Assembly: GCA_031459915.1 (NCBI GenBank)
Contig: JAVKHO010000009.1
Coordinates: 1-64,000, forward strand
Direction: 5' to 3'
Length of the DNA: 64,000 nucleotides
Origin: Candidatus Tepidifontimicrobium thermophilum
Lineage (GTDB): Bacteria; Sysuimicrobiota; Sysuimicrobiia; Sysuimicrobiales; Sysuimicrobiaceae
The notes under the pieces are model-generated. The model was not told the origin of the DNA. It searched no databases and was given only the letters and a program-made list of their open reading frames with translations. The position numbers and the translations under genes were made by a program. Positions within the stretch are counted from its first letter, which is position 1. Each line of letters starts with the position of its first letter. Shown one piece after another: positions 1-8,782 of this stretch.

Positions 1-352
1 ACCCCCACGTAAACCTTGGCCAGCAGCTCCGGGGCGTTCAGCCGCCGGAACCTCGTCTGGGCCACCATCAGCATCTTCCAGATCACCGCCGCAGCCCGCT
101 CCACCTTCTTGAACCGCTTGGCCGCATCCGTCCGTAGCCGCAGCGCCGCAAAGGGGGACTCCACCCGCCTGGAGCAGCTTCTGGATCGCCTCCCGGAGCC
201 ACTCGTGCAGCCCCTCCCAGGTGGGGCTTGACGTCAAGCTCCTTGACGTGGTCCGCTGGTGCATGGCGGTGGCTCTCCTCCTTTCCGGGCCTTCCAGCGT
301 AGGTTCTCCTCCAGGACCATGCCACCACGGCTCCTAGGTGGTTTGACAGCGA
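1..352 (-). mobile_element. IS256-family remnant with a large internal deletion (runs off the window edge)
   Basis: RBS AAGGAGG and ATG at 264 give MHQRTT...WEGLHEWLREAIQKLLQ, resembling an IS256 N-terminus. Near 165 this joins, out of frame, VESPFAALRLRTDAAKRFKKVERAAAVIWKMLMVAQTRFRRLNAPELLAKVY, an IS256 C-terminus. A possible left end with TGTCAA lies near 343-348. Confidence 0.75.
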
Positions 353-446
353 TACGGGTAGACAGTAAACTGGAGCCCCAACCGGCGCAGGGGAGGTGAA
401 ACCGGCGCTTCGTGCCCGTACCTGAAGGCTTCGGGCGCCGTCGCCC

Positions 447-701
447 ATGAAAACGACCATCGACATCCCTGACGAGCTGTACCGGAAAGTGAAGGCCCGG
501 ACCGCGCTGCTCGGCAGACCCGTCCGGAAAGTGCTCGTCGAGCTGCTCGAGCGGTGGCTCGCAGAGCAGGACGAGCAGGAGGATCCCGAGGTGTGGCTGC
601 GTCGCTGGCTGCAGCTCGCAGACCAGGCTACAAGCGGCGCTCCTCCCGGTCCCACCGCCCGGGAGATCCTGTCCGAGGATCGTGGCCACCTGGAGCGCTA
701 G
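447..701 (+). CDS. vapB: VapB-like ribbon-helix-helix antitoxin
   Basis: N-terminus MKTTIDIPDELYRKVKAR is RHH-like; 84 aa; lies directly upstream of a PIN gene. Confidence 0.85.
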   Translation: MKTTIDIPDELYRKVKARTALLGRPVRKVLVELLERWLAEQDEQEDPEVWLRRWLQLADQATSGAPPGPTAREILSEDRGHLER

Positions 702-703
702 AG

Positions 704-1120
704 ATGCTCGTCGTCGACGCAAGCGTCTGGGTGGCCGCCGGTGATCGTTCCGACCCGTTCTGCCGGCAGAGCCGCGCCTTTCTCGTTGAGGTAGCCAGGC
801 GGCGCATGCCCGTCCTGCTGCCCGCCATCGCACGGGTTGAGGTGGCCTGTGCCCTGGCCCGGAGGCTCCGCGACCCGGCAGGGGCTCGGATGCTCACGGA
901 AGAGCTGATGCATGGACCCATGGTCAGGGAGCTACCGGTCGGGGCGAGGTTGTTGGCCCGCGCCGTGGAAGAGGGAACGGCATTGTTCCTGCGGGGCCCG
1001 GATGCCTTGTACGTGGCCGCCGCGCGGATGGAGCAGGCAGAGATCGTCTCCTGGGACGCTGAGCACATCCGACGGGCAGGGGCGCGCACTCCGCAAGCCT
1101 GGCTGCAAGAGTCCAACTGA
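704..1120 (+). CDS. vapC: VapC PIN-domain toxin
   Basis: Acidic PIN motifs MLVVDASV, RVEV, GPDALYVA and SWD; ATG two nt after the antitoxin stop. Confidence 0.9.
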   Translation: MLVVDASVWVAAGDRSDPFCRQSRAFLVEVARRRMPVLLPAIARVEVACALARRLRDPAGARMLTEELMHGPMVRELPVGARLLARAVEEGTALFLRGPDALYVAAARMEQAEIVSWDAEHIRRAGARTPQAWLQESN

Positions 1121-1207
1121 ACGAAGTCTGGCAACCATCCTCAGCGTGCCGGGCACCGCGGTGGCCGGTTCGCCCGGCACCCGCAAACGCGAGGGCAGGG
1201 CACTCAG

Positions 1208-1291
1208 CGCCATCGGCCGGCCCGAGGTCCGGCTCAACCGCACCCCTTCCTCCCGGAATTCCCGCGGATACGGAGGTCTGCTCTTCCGCAT
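1208..1291 (-). pseudogene. IS3-family transposase OrfA N-terminal stub
   Basis: MRKSRPPYPREFREEGVRLSRTSGRP resembles the IS3 OrfA start (YPxEFRxEAVRL); similarity is lost after this. Confidence 0.65.
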
Positions 1292-1294
1292 CGT

Positions 1295-1465
1295 GGACCG
1301 CTTGTCGGGACGGGAGAGCTCCTGACCGTCCTCCAGATCGCCCTGCTGATGTTTGGACCCGCGCGCCTGGCGGATCTTCGCAGTTCGCTCGGGAAGGCCC
1401 TCCGGGACTTCCGGAAAGGCCTGCAGCAGGCGGAGGATCACGAGACCATGTCCGGCTCCAGATAG
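1295..1465 (+). pseudogene. tatA: tatA/E-like fragment lacking a start codon
   Basis: Frame reads GPLVGTGELLTVLQIALLMFGPARLADLRSSLGKALRDFRKGLQQAEDHETMSGSR*: TM helix, FGP hinge and amphipathic helix LGKALRDFRKG. Not in the ORF track. Confidence 0.7.
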
Positions 1466-2754
1466 AACTCACCCGTGGTCTCGTCGTAGGCGAAAGCCTC
1501 TGCGTACCGGCCCCAGTCCACCAGCACCCCGAGCTGGCGACGGGCCTCTTCCGCACTGAAGTGGCGCTCCAGGAGGTCTAGGAAAAACTCAGCGGTCATG
1601 CGGGGCGGCCGGCGGTGGCAGAGGACCGCGACCAGCTCCTGGGCGGTGCGCACCCGGTTCAGGAGAGCTCCGCGGAACACTTCTTTCTTGTCCTGCACGG
1701 AAGCTTCAGCAAGAGCCCTACCCTGCTCCGTGAGCAGCAGGTCCCCGTCCTGAGAGGCCAAGAATCCGAGGAGCTCCGCGGCCTCCACTGCGGGCAACAG
1801 GTCCTCGATGTCCATCTGTAGCTCCCCTGCGAGCTCTGGAAGGTTTACTCGGCCCTCCGCGTCGTGCACGAGCTCCACGAGCCCCGTGATGAGCCCGACA
1901 GGGGCCATGGGGAGCCGTGGGATGAGGGGGCGGGCGTGCACGAGTCGCCGCTGGCGGTCTCCGGCCAGCAGGGCGTAAACCTCGTGCACCTTCTGCTGGA
2001 ACTCCGGAGCTTCGCGGTCACGCCAGTGGGGGAGTTCCGGGCGAACCTCTCCCAGGATGCGGGTCGGGGTGGTGCTCAGGACGACCACCCGGTCGCTGAG
2101 GAAGACTGCCTCCTCGATGTTGTGGGTGACGAGGGCCATGGCCCGGGTGGGGATGCGTCGGTCCAGCCACAGTTCCAGGAGGTCCGTGCGAAGGTTCTCG
2201 GCGGTGAGGGCGTCGAGGGCGGAAAACGGCTCGTCCATCAGCAAGACGTCCGGCTGGACTACCAGAGAACGGGCAAACGCCACCCGCTGCCGCATCCCGC
2301 CCGACAGCTCCTTCGGGTAGGCCGACTCGAACCCGTCCAGACCGATGAGGTCAATGGCCTCTAGGGCCCGGCGCTGGCGCTCCGCGGGCGGGACGCCTCG
2401 CGCGCGCAGTCCCAACTCCACGTTCTCCAGCACCGTCATCCACGGGAACAGGGCGAAGGTCTGGAAGACCATGGCGATCCCCGGATGAGGGCCGCGGACC
2501 GTCTCGCCCCGGTAGCGTACCTCTCCCTGGGTGGGCGGGAGCAGCCCGGCTAGGACCCGCAGCAGGGTGGACTTGCCGCAGCCGCTCGGGCCCACGATGG
2601 CCAGGATCTCGTTGTTCCGGAGTGCGAGGGAGATCCGGTCCAGCACCAGGGCCTGGGTTCGAGCAGGCCGCTCCAGGGCCACGGTGACCTCCCGGGCCTC
2701 GAGCAGGACTGGCGGCGGGGCGAGCACGGGGGGGAAGGCGCCGGAATGCTGCAC
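1438..2754 (-). CDS. NitT/TauT-type ABC ATPase with C-terminal AAA-associated domain
   Basis: GPSGCGKST, LSGGMRQR, LLMDEPF and a long C-terminal extension; GTG at 2754 preceded by GAGGAGG. Confidence 0.9.
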   Translation of the reverse strand: MQHSGAFPPVLAPPPVLLEAREVTVALERPARTQALVLDRISLALRNNEILAIVGPSGCGKSTLLRVLAGLLPPTQGEVRYRGETVRGPHPGIAMVFQTFALFPWMTVLENVELGLRARGVPPAERQRRALEAIDLIGLDGFESAYPKELSGGMRQRVAFARSLVVQPDVLLMDEPFSALDALTAENLRTDLLELWLDRRIPTRAMALVTHNIEEAVFLSDRVVVLSTTPTRILGEVRPELPHWRDREAPEFQQKVHEVYALLAGDRQRRLVHARPLIPRLPMAPVGLITGLVELVHDAEGRVNLPELAGELQMDIEDLLPAVEAAELLGFLASQDGDLLLTEQGRALAEASVQDKKEVFRGALLNRVRTAQELVAVLCHRRPPRMTAEFFLDLLERHFSAEEARRQLGVLVDWGRYAEAFAYDETTGEFYLEPDMVS

Positions 2755-2765
2755 AATCGTCCTCC

Positions 2766-4487
2766 TCACACGTGATAACGTGTTTCGGCTAGATGGGCCA
2801 GACGCCGCCAAAAGAGCCGGTTCAGCCCCACCACCACCGCGGCCATGACCACGGTGGACGCCGCCAGCCGCGGCATGTCGCCGTGCGCGGCGGCCGAGGC
2901 GATGAGCGCTCCGAGCCCGATGGTCTGCAGGGTCCGCCCCCCGAAGGTCACGAACTCCGAGACGATGCTGGCGTTCCAGGCTCCCCCCTGAGCCGTGAGC
3001 CCGCCGGTGACGAGGTGGGGGAAGATTGCGGGGAGGAGGAACGCCTGCCACCACCGCCATCCCCGGAGTCCTGCCACGCGCGCGGCCTCCCGGAGGTCTT
3101 GAGGGATGGCCGTGGTGCCCGCGATCACGTTAAACAGCAGGTACCACTGAGTGCCAAGCAGCATCAGGGCCACCGAGGCTACCCCCAGGCCTCCACCAAG
3201 TCGCAGAAGCACCAGCAGCACCACCGGGAACAGCGCCGTCGCCGGCACGGAGGCGGCGATCTGCGCGAGGGGCTGGACGACGCGGGCCAACCGCGGACGC
3301 AGTCCCACGCCGACGCCCACTGGCACGGTCCACGTACCGGCGACGAGGAGCGCGGTCAGCACCCGCAGACCGGTGGCCCCGGTCCCCAGAGCGATGTCCC
3401 TCCATGTCTCCGGAGCGACCTGGACCAGGAGTCGGGCCAGAGACACCAGTCCCCACACCACCGGAGCCGCGAGGGCCGCTGCCGCAGCTGCGGCAAGCGC
3501 CGGGCGACCTCGCGTCCGGCCGGCCGCAAGACGCGACACCTGCTCACCCGGGATCCGCAGGTGCCGGTCCAGCGCCTCCCAGAAAGGCGCCCACAGCCGC
3601 AGTTGCGCCCACTGCACCACAGCCGAGTGTCGGAGCAAGTCGAGGAACCAGGAGCGGGCCGGGAGCGGGTCCTCCGCGAGCTCCTGCTTGAACTTCTGGC
3701 TCCACGCCACCAGGGGCCGCCACACCAGCTGGTCCATCGCTACGATCACGGCCAGCAGCGCACCAAGTCCCCAGCCCACGGCGCGCAGATCGCCGCGGCT
3801 GCTGGCCTCCGCGAGGTAGCTGCCGAGCCCGGGGAGGGTGAAGGAACGGTCCACGAGGGTGAAACTCTCGCACGCCATCAGGAAGAACCACCCGCCGGCC
3901 CATGACATCATGCTGTTCCACACGAGGCCGATGGTCGCGGACGGGAGCTCCAGGCGGGTGAAGCGCTGCCACCACGAGAGCTGCAGGACCCGGGCTGCCT
4001 CCCGGAGGTCCTCAGGAAGCGTCAGGAGGGAGTGGTAGAAACTGAAGGCCATGTTCCACACCATCCCTGTAAAGATGAGGAGAATGCTGGCGAGCTCCAG
4101 GCCGACGACGCGGCCTGGGAAGAGTGCGAGCATCCCTAGCAGGACCGCCGGGAGGAAGGACAGCACGGGGATGGACTGCAGGATGTCCAGTGCCGGAATG
4201 AGCACGCGCTCCGCGGTACGGTTACGCGCCGCCGCGTAGCCCACGGTCAGGGTGAACGCGAGGGAGAGACCGTAAGCAGCGGCCATGCGCAGCAGGGAGA
4301 GCCTGACGTACCCGGGGAGAGCCTGCGGCCGAAGGTCGAGCGCTGTCGAGGGCGCCACCTGCCGGAGCTCTGATGGCGCGAGAGCCAAAACCCCCCAGAG
4401 GGCGCTGCCGACCAGGGCGAGCACCACGAGGTCCGCGAAGCGGGCCCGTTGCAGGCGCAGCAGTCTAAGGACAGGAAGCCATGGCAT
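2766..4487 (-). CDS. ABC permease with two fused transmembrane modules (NitT/TauT type)
   Basis: 573 aa, hydrophobic, two EAA loops (PEDLREAA, PQDLREAA). Confidence 0.9.
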   Translation of the reverse strand: MPWLPVLRLLRLQRARFADLVVLALVGSALWGVLALAPSELRQVAPSTALDLRPQALPGYVRLSLLRMAAAYGLSLAFTLTVGYAAARNRTAERVLIPALDILQSIPVLSFLPAVLLGMLALFPGRVVGLELASILLIFTGMVWNMAFSFYHSLLTLPEDLREAARVLQLSWWQRFTRLELPSATIGLVWNSMMSWAGGWFFLMACESFTLVDRSFTLPGLGSYLAEASSRGDLRAVGWGLGALLAVIVAMDQLVWRPLVAWSQKFKQELAEDPLPARSWFLDLLRHSAVVQWAQLRLWAPFWEALDRHLRIPGEQVSRLAAGRTRGRPALAAAAAAALAAPVVWGLVSLARLLVQVAPETWRDIALGTGATGLRVLTALLVAGTWTVPVGVGVGLRPRLARVVQPLAQIAASVPATALFPVVLLVLLRLGGGLGVASVALMLLGTQWYLLFNVIAGTTAIPQDLREAARVAGLRGWRWWQAFLLPAIFPHLVTGGLTAQGGAWNASIVSEFVTFGGRTLQTIGLGALIASAAAHGDMPRLAASTVVMAAVVVGLNRLFWRRLAHLAETRYHV

Positions 4488-4627
4488 TCAGGTGACTCCG
4501 GGCTCTGGGATTGAGCGTAGCCGAAAATGGCCAGGTCTCGGTTATTATCGCAGATTTTCTTGTAGACCTCCGGTAGCGGAACGGTCAAGGCTAGGTCCCC
4601 GAGTAGGCGCAGCAACTCATTTGGGAG

Positions 4628-5161
4628 GTGCGGTGCCGGGTGCACTTTCTTCGCAACCTCCTGGCCCGGGTGCCCAAGCACGCGCAGTCCAAGCTGAGCG
4701 GCGCTGGTCCGCACCCTCTTTGCCCAGCCGGATCGCTCCTCGGCTTGTCGTCAGCTGGAGGAAGTGGCGTCCACCCTGCAACGGCGGTTTCCCCAGGTCG
4801 CCAGTCTGCTGCGGGAGGCGGCGGAGGACGTGTTGGGCTACATGGACTTCCCCTCCGAGCACTGGCGGGGGATCCACTCCACCAACATCGTAGAGCGGCT
4901 GAACCGGGAGCTAGCTCGGCGGTGCGACGTGGTGGGCATCTTCCCCAACCCCGCGGCTGTGCTGCGGCTCCTCGGCGCGCTGCTGGAGGAGCAGCAGGAC
5001 GACTGGCTGGTGCAGCGGCGGTACTTCAGCCAGGAGTCCATGGCGAAGTTAGTGGCGGGTGACGGACAAGCACGTGATGTGGGGGCTACCCTGGCCTCCA
5101 CCACAGCGTAGCCCGTGAAACCTGAAGGGATGCTTTTTACACCACTTGACGGGACGTGGTC
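4628..5161 (+). mobile_element. IS256-family remnant: 3' part of transposase (frameshifted) plus right end
   Basis: RCRVHFLRNLLARVPK, then a frameshift near 4695, then FPSEHWRGIHSTNIVERLNRELARRCDVVGIFPN; stop at 5111; terminal motif TTTTACACCACTTGACGGGACGTGGTC at about 5135-5161. Confidence 0.88.
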
Positions 5162-5276
5162 CCCCCCGAGGGCTGCCGCGCGGACGCGTCCTTGCAGTCC
5201 ACACCTGTCTCTGCGCCGCTCGCCGGCAGGGAAGCTTGAAGGATTTTCTGGGAACCGAGGGGAAGTGGTCCGTGCT

Positions 5277-5939
5277 ATGCGGGTTCTCGGGGCTGTGACC
5301 ATCGGCCAATCTCCACGAGACGACATTACCTCGGAGCTCCGGCCCCTGCTTGGTGGCGGGGTGACTGTCGTGGAGGCCGGCGCGCTGGACGGCCTCTCGC
5401 GGGAGGAGGTCACGACTCTGGCGCCGGCCCCCGGGGAAGCCGTGCTCGTGACACGGCTGCGGGACGGCTCGAGCGTGCGAGTGGCGCACCGGCGCATTCT
5501 GCCGCGCGTGGCGCGGCAGGTGGAGGCGCTCGCCCGGCAGGTCGATGCAGTGCTTCTGCTGTGTACTGGGACCTTTCCTCCGTTCCAGGTAGCATGCCCC
5601 GTCCTTTACCCCGACCGGCTGCTCCTGAATTTCGTCCGGGGCGTAGCGTCCGGACTGCACCTGGGCGTGGTGACGCCGGATCCGGGGCAGGTGGCGGAAC
5701 AGCAAGGCCGGTGGTCCGCGGTAGCCGGTCGCGTGACGGTACGTCCGGCGTCCCCGTACGGGGACGTGAACCGTCTGACAGAGGCGGCGCACGCGCTGGC
5801 TTCCCGGAAGGTGGACGTGATCGTCCTCGACTCTCTCGGCTACAACCTAGCCGTGAAGCAGAAGTTCCGGGACCTGGCTGGGGTTCCCGTGATCCTACCC
5901 CGGACGCTACTGGCGCGGGCGGCGGCGGAGCTCCTCTGA
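5277..5939 (+). CDS. aroM: AroM family protein (Asp/Glu/hydantoin racemase-like fold)
   Basis: AroM motifs LGAVTIGQSPRDD, LVTRLRDG, LLCTGTF and ASPY. Confidence 0.85.
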   Translation: MRVLGAVTIGQSPRDDITSELRPLLGGGVTVVEAGALDGLSREEVTTLAPAPGEAVLVTRLRDGSSVRVAHRRILPRVARQVEALARQVDAVLLLCTGTFPPFQVACPVLYPDRLLLNFVRGVASGLHLGVVTPDPGQVAEQQGRWSAVAGRVTVRPASPYGDVNRLTEAAHALASRKVDVIVLDSLGYNLAVKQKFRDLAGVPVILPRTLLARAAAELL

Positions 5940-6115
5940 CGGGGCCGTGATGGAGGCGGCCGGGGGATGCGGGGCCGGGAAGGTGCGCTCTGCTGAGACC
6001 GGGCTCCACGGAAGCGGGCGGCGCTACCTGGACGCGTTCTCTGCCGCTGGGCGTAGCGCTGCGCGAGCCGCCGCCCTCCGCAGGGCCGGGAGCCAGACTG
6101 CGGGCTCGGAGGATT

Positions 6116-7066
6116 GTGGAACTTGCGCTGCTGGCGGAGCGCCTCGGTTACCACAGCGTGTGGATCCCCGAGGGACGAGGCTGGGAGGCGTTCGCCCTGT
6201 TGGGCGGGATGGCCGGTGCCACGGAACGGAGTGCCCTCGGTACCGGCATCGTACCCGTATTCTCGCGGCCCCCTGCGCTGGCTGCGATGGGGCTTGCAAC
6301 CCTGGACGACCTCTCGGGTGGCCGCCTGATTTTTGGAGTCGGTGCCGGTCACCCGGAGATCTCAGAGCGAGGGTACGGAGTACTTTTTCGAGAACCGGTC
6401 ACGGCGGTCTCGGAGTTCGTGGAGATCGTGCGGCGGGCGATGGGCGGGGAGACGGTCCGTTTCTCAGGACGCGTTTTCCGGGTGGCCGATTTCGCGCTGG
6501 AATCGCCGCCCCGACGCATCGTCCCGATCTACGTGGCCGCGCTGGGCAGCCGTATGCTCAAGCTGGCGGGAGAGATCGGCGACGGCGTTCTGCTCAACTG
6601 GATCCCAGCTGCCCGGGCCCCCGTCGCGGTAGAAGCTGTACGCCGGGCGGCAGCGGCGACCGGGGGCCGGGCAGCGGCTTTGCAGGTGGCGTGCTACGTC
6701 CGGGTTTGCATCACGGACCGCGCTGGGCCAGCCCGTGAAGCGCTGCGCCGTCTCATCGCATTGTACGCGAGATTTCCGGCCTACCGAGCGATGTGGCGCC
6801 AATCGGGCTTCGCGGAAGAAATGGCGAGGGTGGAGGCCGCCGGCTCGGAGACGGAGGCAGTGGTGCGGGCAATCTCCGACCGCATGGTGGACGCGCTCGG
6901 GCTTATCGGTGACCCGGCGGCGGTCCACAGGGGATTACAGGGCTTCCGCGACGCCGGTGTGGACCTGCCGATCGTCTACCCGTTCGCAGCGGGGCCGAGC
7001 GAGCAGGCGTATCGGGATACCATCGAGGGCCTGGCCCCTCGACAGCTCGGCGGCGAGGGACGGTGA
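6116..7066 (+). CDS. LLM-class (luciferase-like, probably F420-dependent) oxidoreductase; true start uncertain
   Basis: AERLGYHSVWIPE, LGTGIVPVFSR, LDDLSGGRLIFGVGAG, PIYVAALG and LAGEIGDG; the frame is open upstream (LPLGVAL) without ATG/GTG/TTG. Confidence 0.85.
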   Translation: MELALLAERLGYHSVWIPEGRGWEAFALLGGMAGATERSALGTGIVPVFSRPPALAAMGLATLDDLSGGRLIFGVGAGHPEISERGYGVLFREPVTAVSEFVEIVRRAMGGETVRFSGRVFRVADFALESPPRRIVPIYVAALGSRMLKLAGEIGDGVLLNWIPAARAPVAVEAVRRAAAATGGRAAALQVACYVRVCITDRAGPAREALRRLIALYARFPAYRAMWRQSGFAEEMARVEAAGSETEAVVRAISDRMVDALGLIGDPAAVHRGLQGFRDAGVDLPIVYPFAAGPSEQAYRDTIEGLAPRQLGGEGR

Positions 7067-7150
7067 TGCAGGCCGATGCGGCCGCAGGTCCCCGGCGGCT
7101 TGTCGCCGTGGTGGGGAAATGTTTACCGAGGCGCCTTACCCGCAGTCCCT

Positions 7151-8782
7151 TCAGTCCACCACGTAACCCTCTCGGCGGTCCCGTTCCACCAGCTCAGGGG
7201 GCCGGTCGGCGGGATCCCCGTAGCCGCTGCCACCGGCGGAGCGGACGATGATGACGTCGTCCGCACGCCGCAGTTCCACAAGTTGTCCGAGGCTCGCCAC
7301 GGGCTGTACCTGCGCACCCCGCACCTCCGCGCCTGCGGGTCCGCCGGGCTGGCCCCCCAACAGACCGGGCTGGGGTGACTCGCTGCCGTGGGGCAAGACG
7401 TTGACCAGCACCGGAAGCCCGTCGTCGTACAACTTGCGGAGGACAACCTCCTGACCCAGGCCCCCGCGGTAGCGACCCGGCCCGCCGGATCCGGGGATGA
7501 GCTCCTTGCGCTCCACGAGCAGGGGAGCGCGCTGTTCGAACAGCTCGACCTGCACGTTGCCAGCGGAGGTCGGGTACATCAGGGCGGCGTAGCCGTCTCC
7601 GTGGGCGCTGCCGCCCTGGCCCCCGCCGAACATGATGTGGTCGTTGAACGTCTCGCCTCGCTCGTCGCGGCCGTAGGCCGCGCACGCGACGGGCAGCCCG
7701 GTGAAGGCCTGGACCCGGTCGGGCAGGATCTGTGCCAGCGCCCGGAAGATGGCCGGTCCGCAGAACCACCCGACCATGGTGCGCTGGCTGACTGCGGCAG
7801 GGTAGCGGCAGTTGAGGATGCTGCCCTCTGGGGCCCGTACGTGCAGCGGGCGGAAGCACCCGGCATTGCTGGGGATCTCAGGTGTCAGGATCGACTTGAG
7901 CGCGTAGACGCTGTGCGCCGCGGTGTAGGTCAGGGTGCAGTTGACTCCGCCCTCCGGGAGTTCTGGGGGTACGTCGTCCCACTCCACTGCGATCTCGTCC
8001 CCCTCCACGATGACGGCGCAGCCCAGGCGCAGGCGCTCGCCCCGCAGGGTGAAGGTGGAAGAACCCCGGTAGACGCCGTCGGGAACCGCCCGGATGGCCC
8101 TCCGCATCGCCTCCTCCGCGCGGCGCTGCACCTCGACCGCCAGCGGTTCCAGGGAGCGGAGACCGTAGTCCTCCATCAACGCCAACAAACGCTGCGCTCC
8201 GACCCGGTTCGCGCTCACGAGAGCCTGGATGTCACCGAAGACCATCTCGGGGCGGCGGACGTTCCGGCGGATGATCGCCGCGAGGTCCTCGTTGAGACGG
8301 CCGGCGCGGTACAGCCGCAGCGGCGGGATCTGCAGGCCTTCTTCATAAATCTCGCGGGCGCGGGCGGAATCCTTGGTGCCTCCGATGTCGGAGCAGTGGC
8401 CGATGGAGCCCATGATCGCCACAAGCTCGCCCTCGCGGAAGACCGGCGTCACCACGGCCAGGTCGAAGAGGTGCCCTGCGCAGATCCAGGGGTCATTCGT
8501 GATGAGGACGTCTCCGTCCTCCAGCCTGTCGACGGGGAACACGTCGAGGAGGCGGCGCACCGCGAGGGGCAGGGTCAGGTTGAAAACGGGCATGGAACGG
8601 GGCGAGTGGGCGATGGAGTTGGCTCTGCCGTCCAGCACTTCACAACCGAAGTCCTGGGCCTCACCGATGATAGTGGAGAAGGCGGTGCGCCGGACGGTCA
8701 CCCAGCATTCCTCGGTGACGTTGATCAGACGGCTCCAGAGGATCTCCAGAGTGACGGGATCGAAGGTGGTGGCGGTGCTCAC
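7151..8782 (-). CDS. hyuB: Hydantoinase B / oxoprolinase family subunit
   Basis: DPVTLEILWSRL, RRTAFSTII, TNDPWICAGHLFD, HCSDIGG, GSGGPGRYRGG, GGSGYGDP. Confidence 0.92.
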   Translation of the reverse strand: MSTATTFDPVTLEILWSRLINVTEECWVTVRRTAFSTIIGEAQDFGCEVLDGRANSIAHSPRSMPVFNLTLPLAVRRLLDVFPVDRLEDGDVLITNDPWICAGHLFDLAVVTPVFREGELVAIMGSIGHCSDIGGTKDSARAREIYEEGLQIPPLRLYRAGRLNEDLAAIIRRNVRRPEMVFGDIQALVSANRVGAQRLLALMEDYGLRSLEPLAVEVQRRAEEAMRRAIRAVPDGVYRGSSTFTLRGERLRLGCAVIVEGDEIAVEWDDVPPELPEGGVNCTLTYTAAHSVYALKSILTPEIPSNAGCFRPLHVRAPEGSILNCRYPAAVSQRTMVGWFCGPAIFRALAQILPDRVQAFTGLPVACAAYGRDERGETFNDHIMFGGGQGGSAHGDGYAALMYPTSAGNVQVELFEQRAPLLVERKELIPGSGGPGRYRGGLGQEVVLRKLYDDGLPVLVNVLPHGSESPQPGLLGGQPGGPAGAEVRGAQVQPVASLGQLVELRRADDVIIVRSAGGSGYGDPADRPPELVERDRREGYVVD

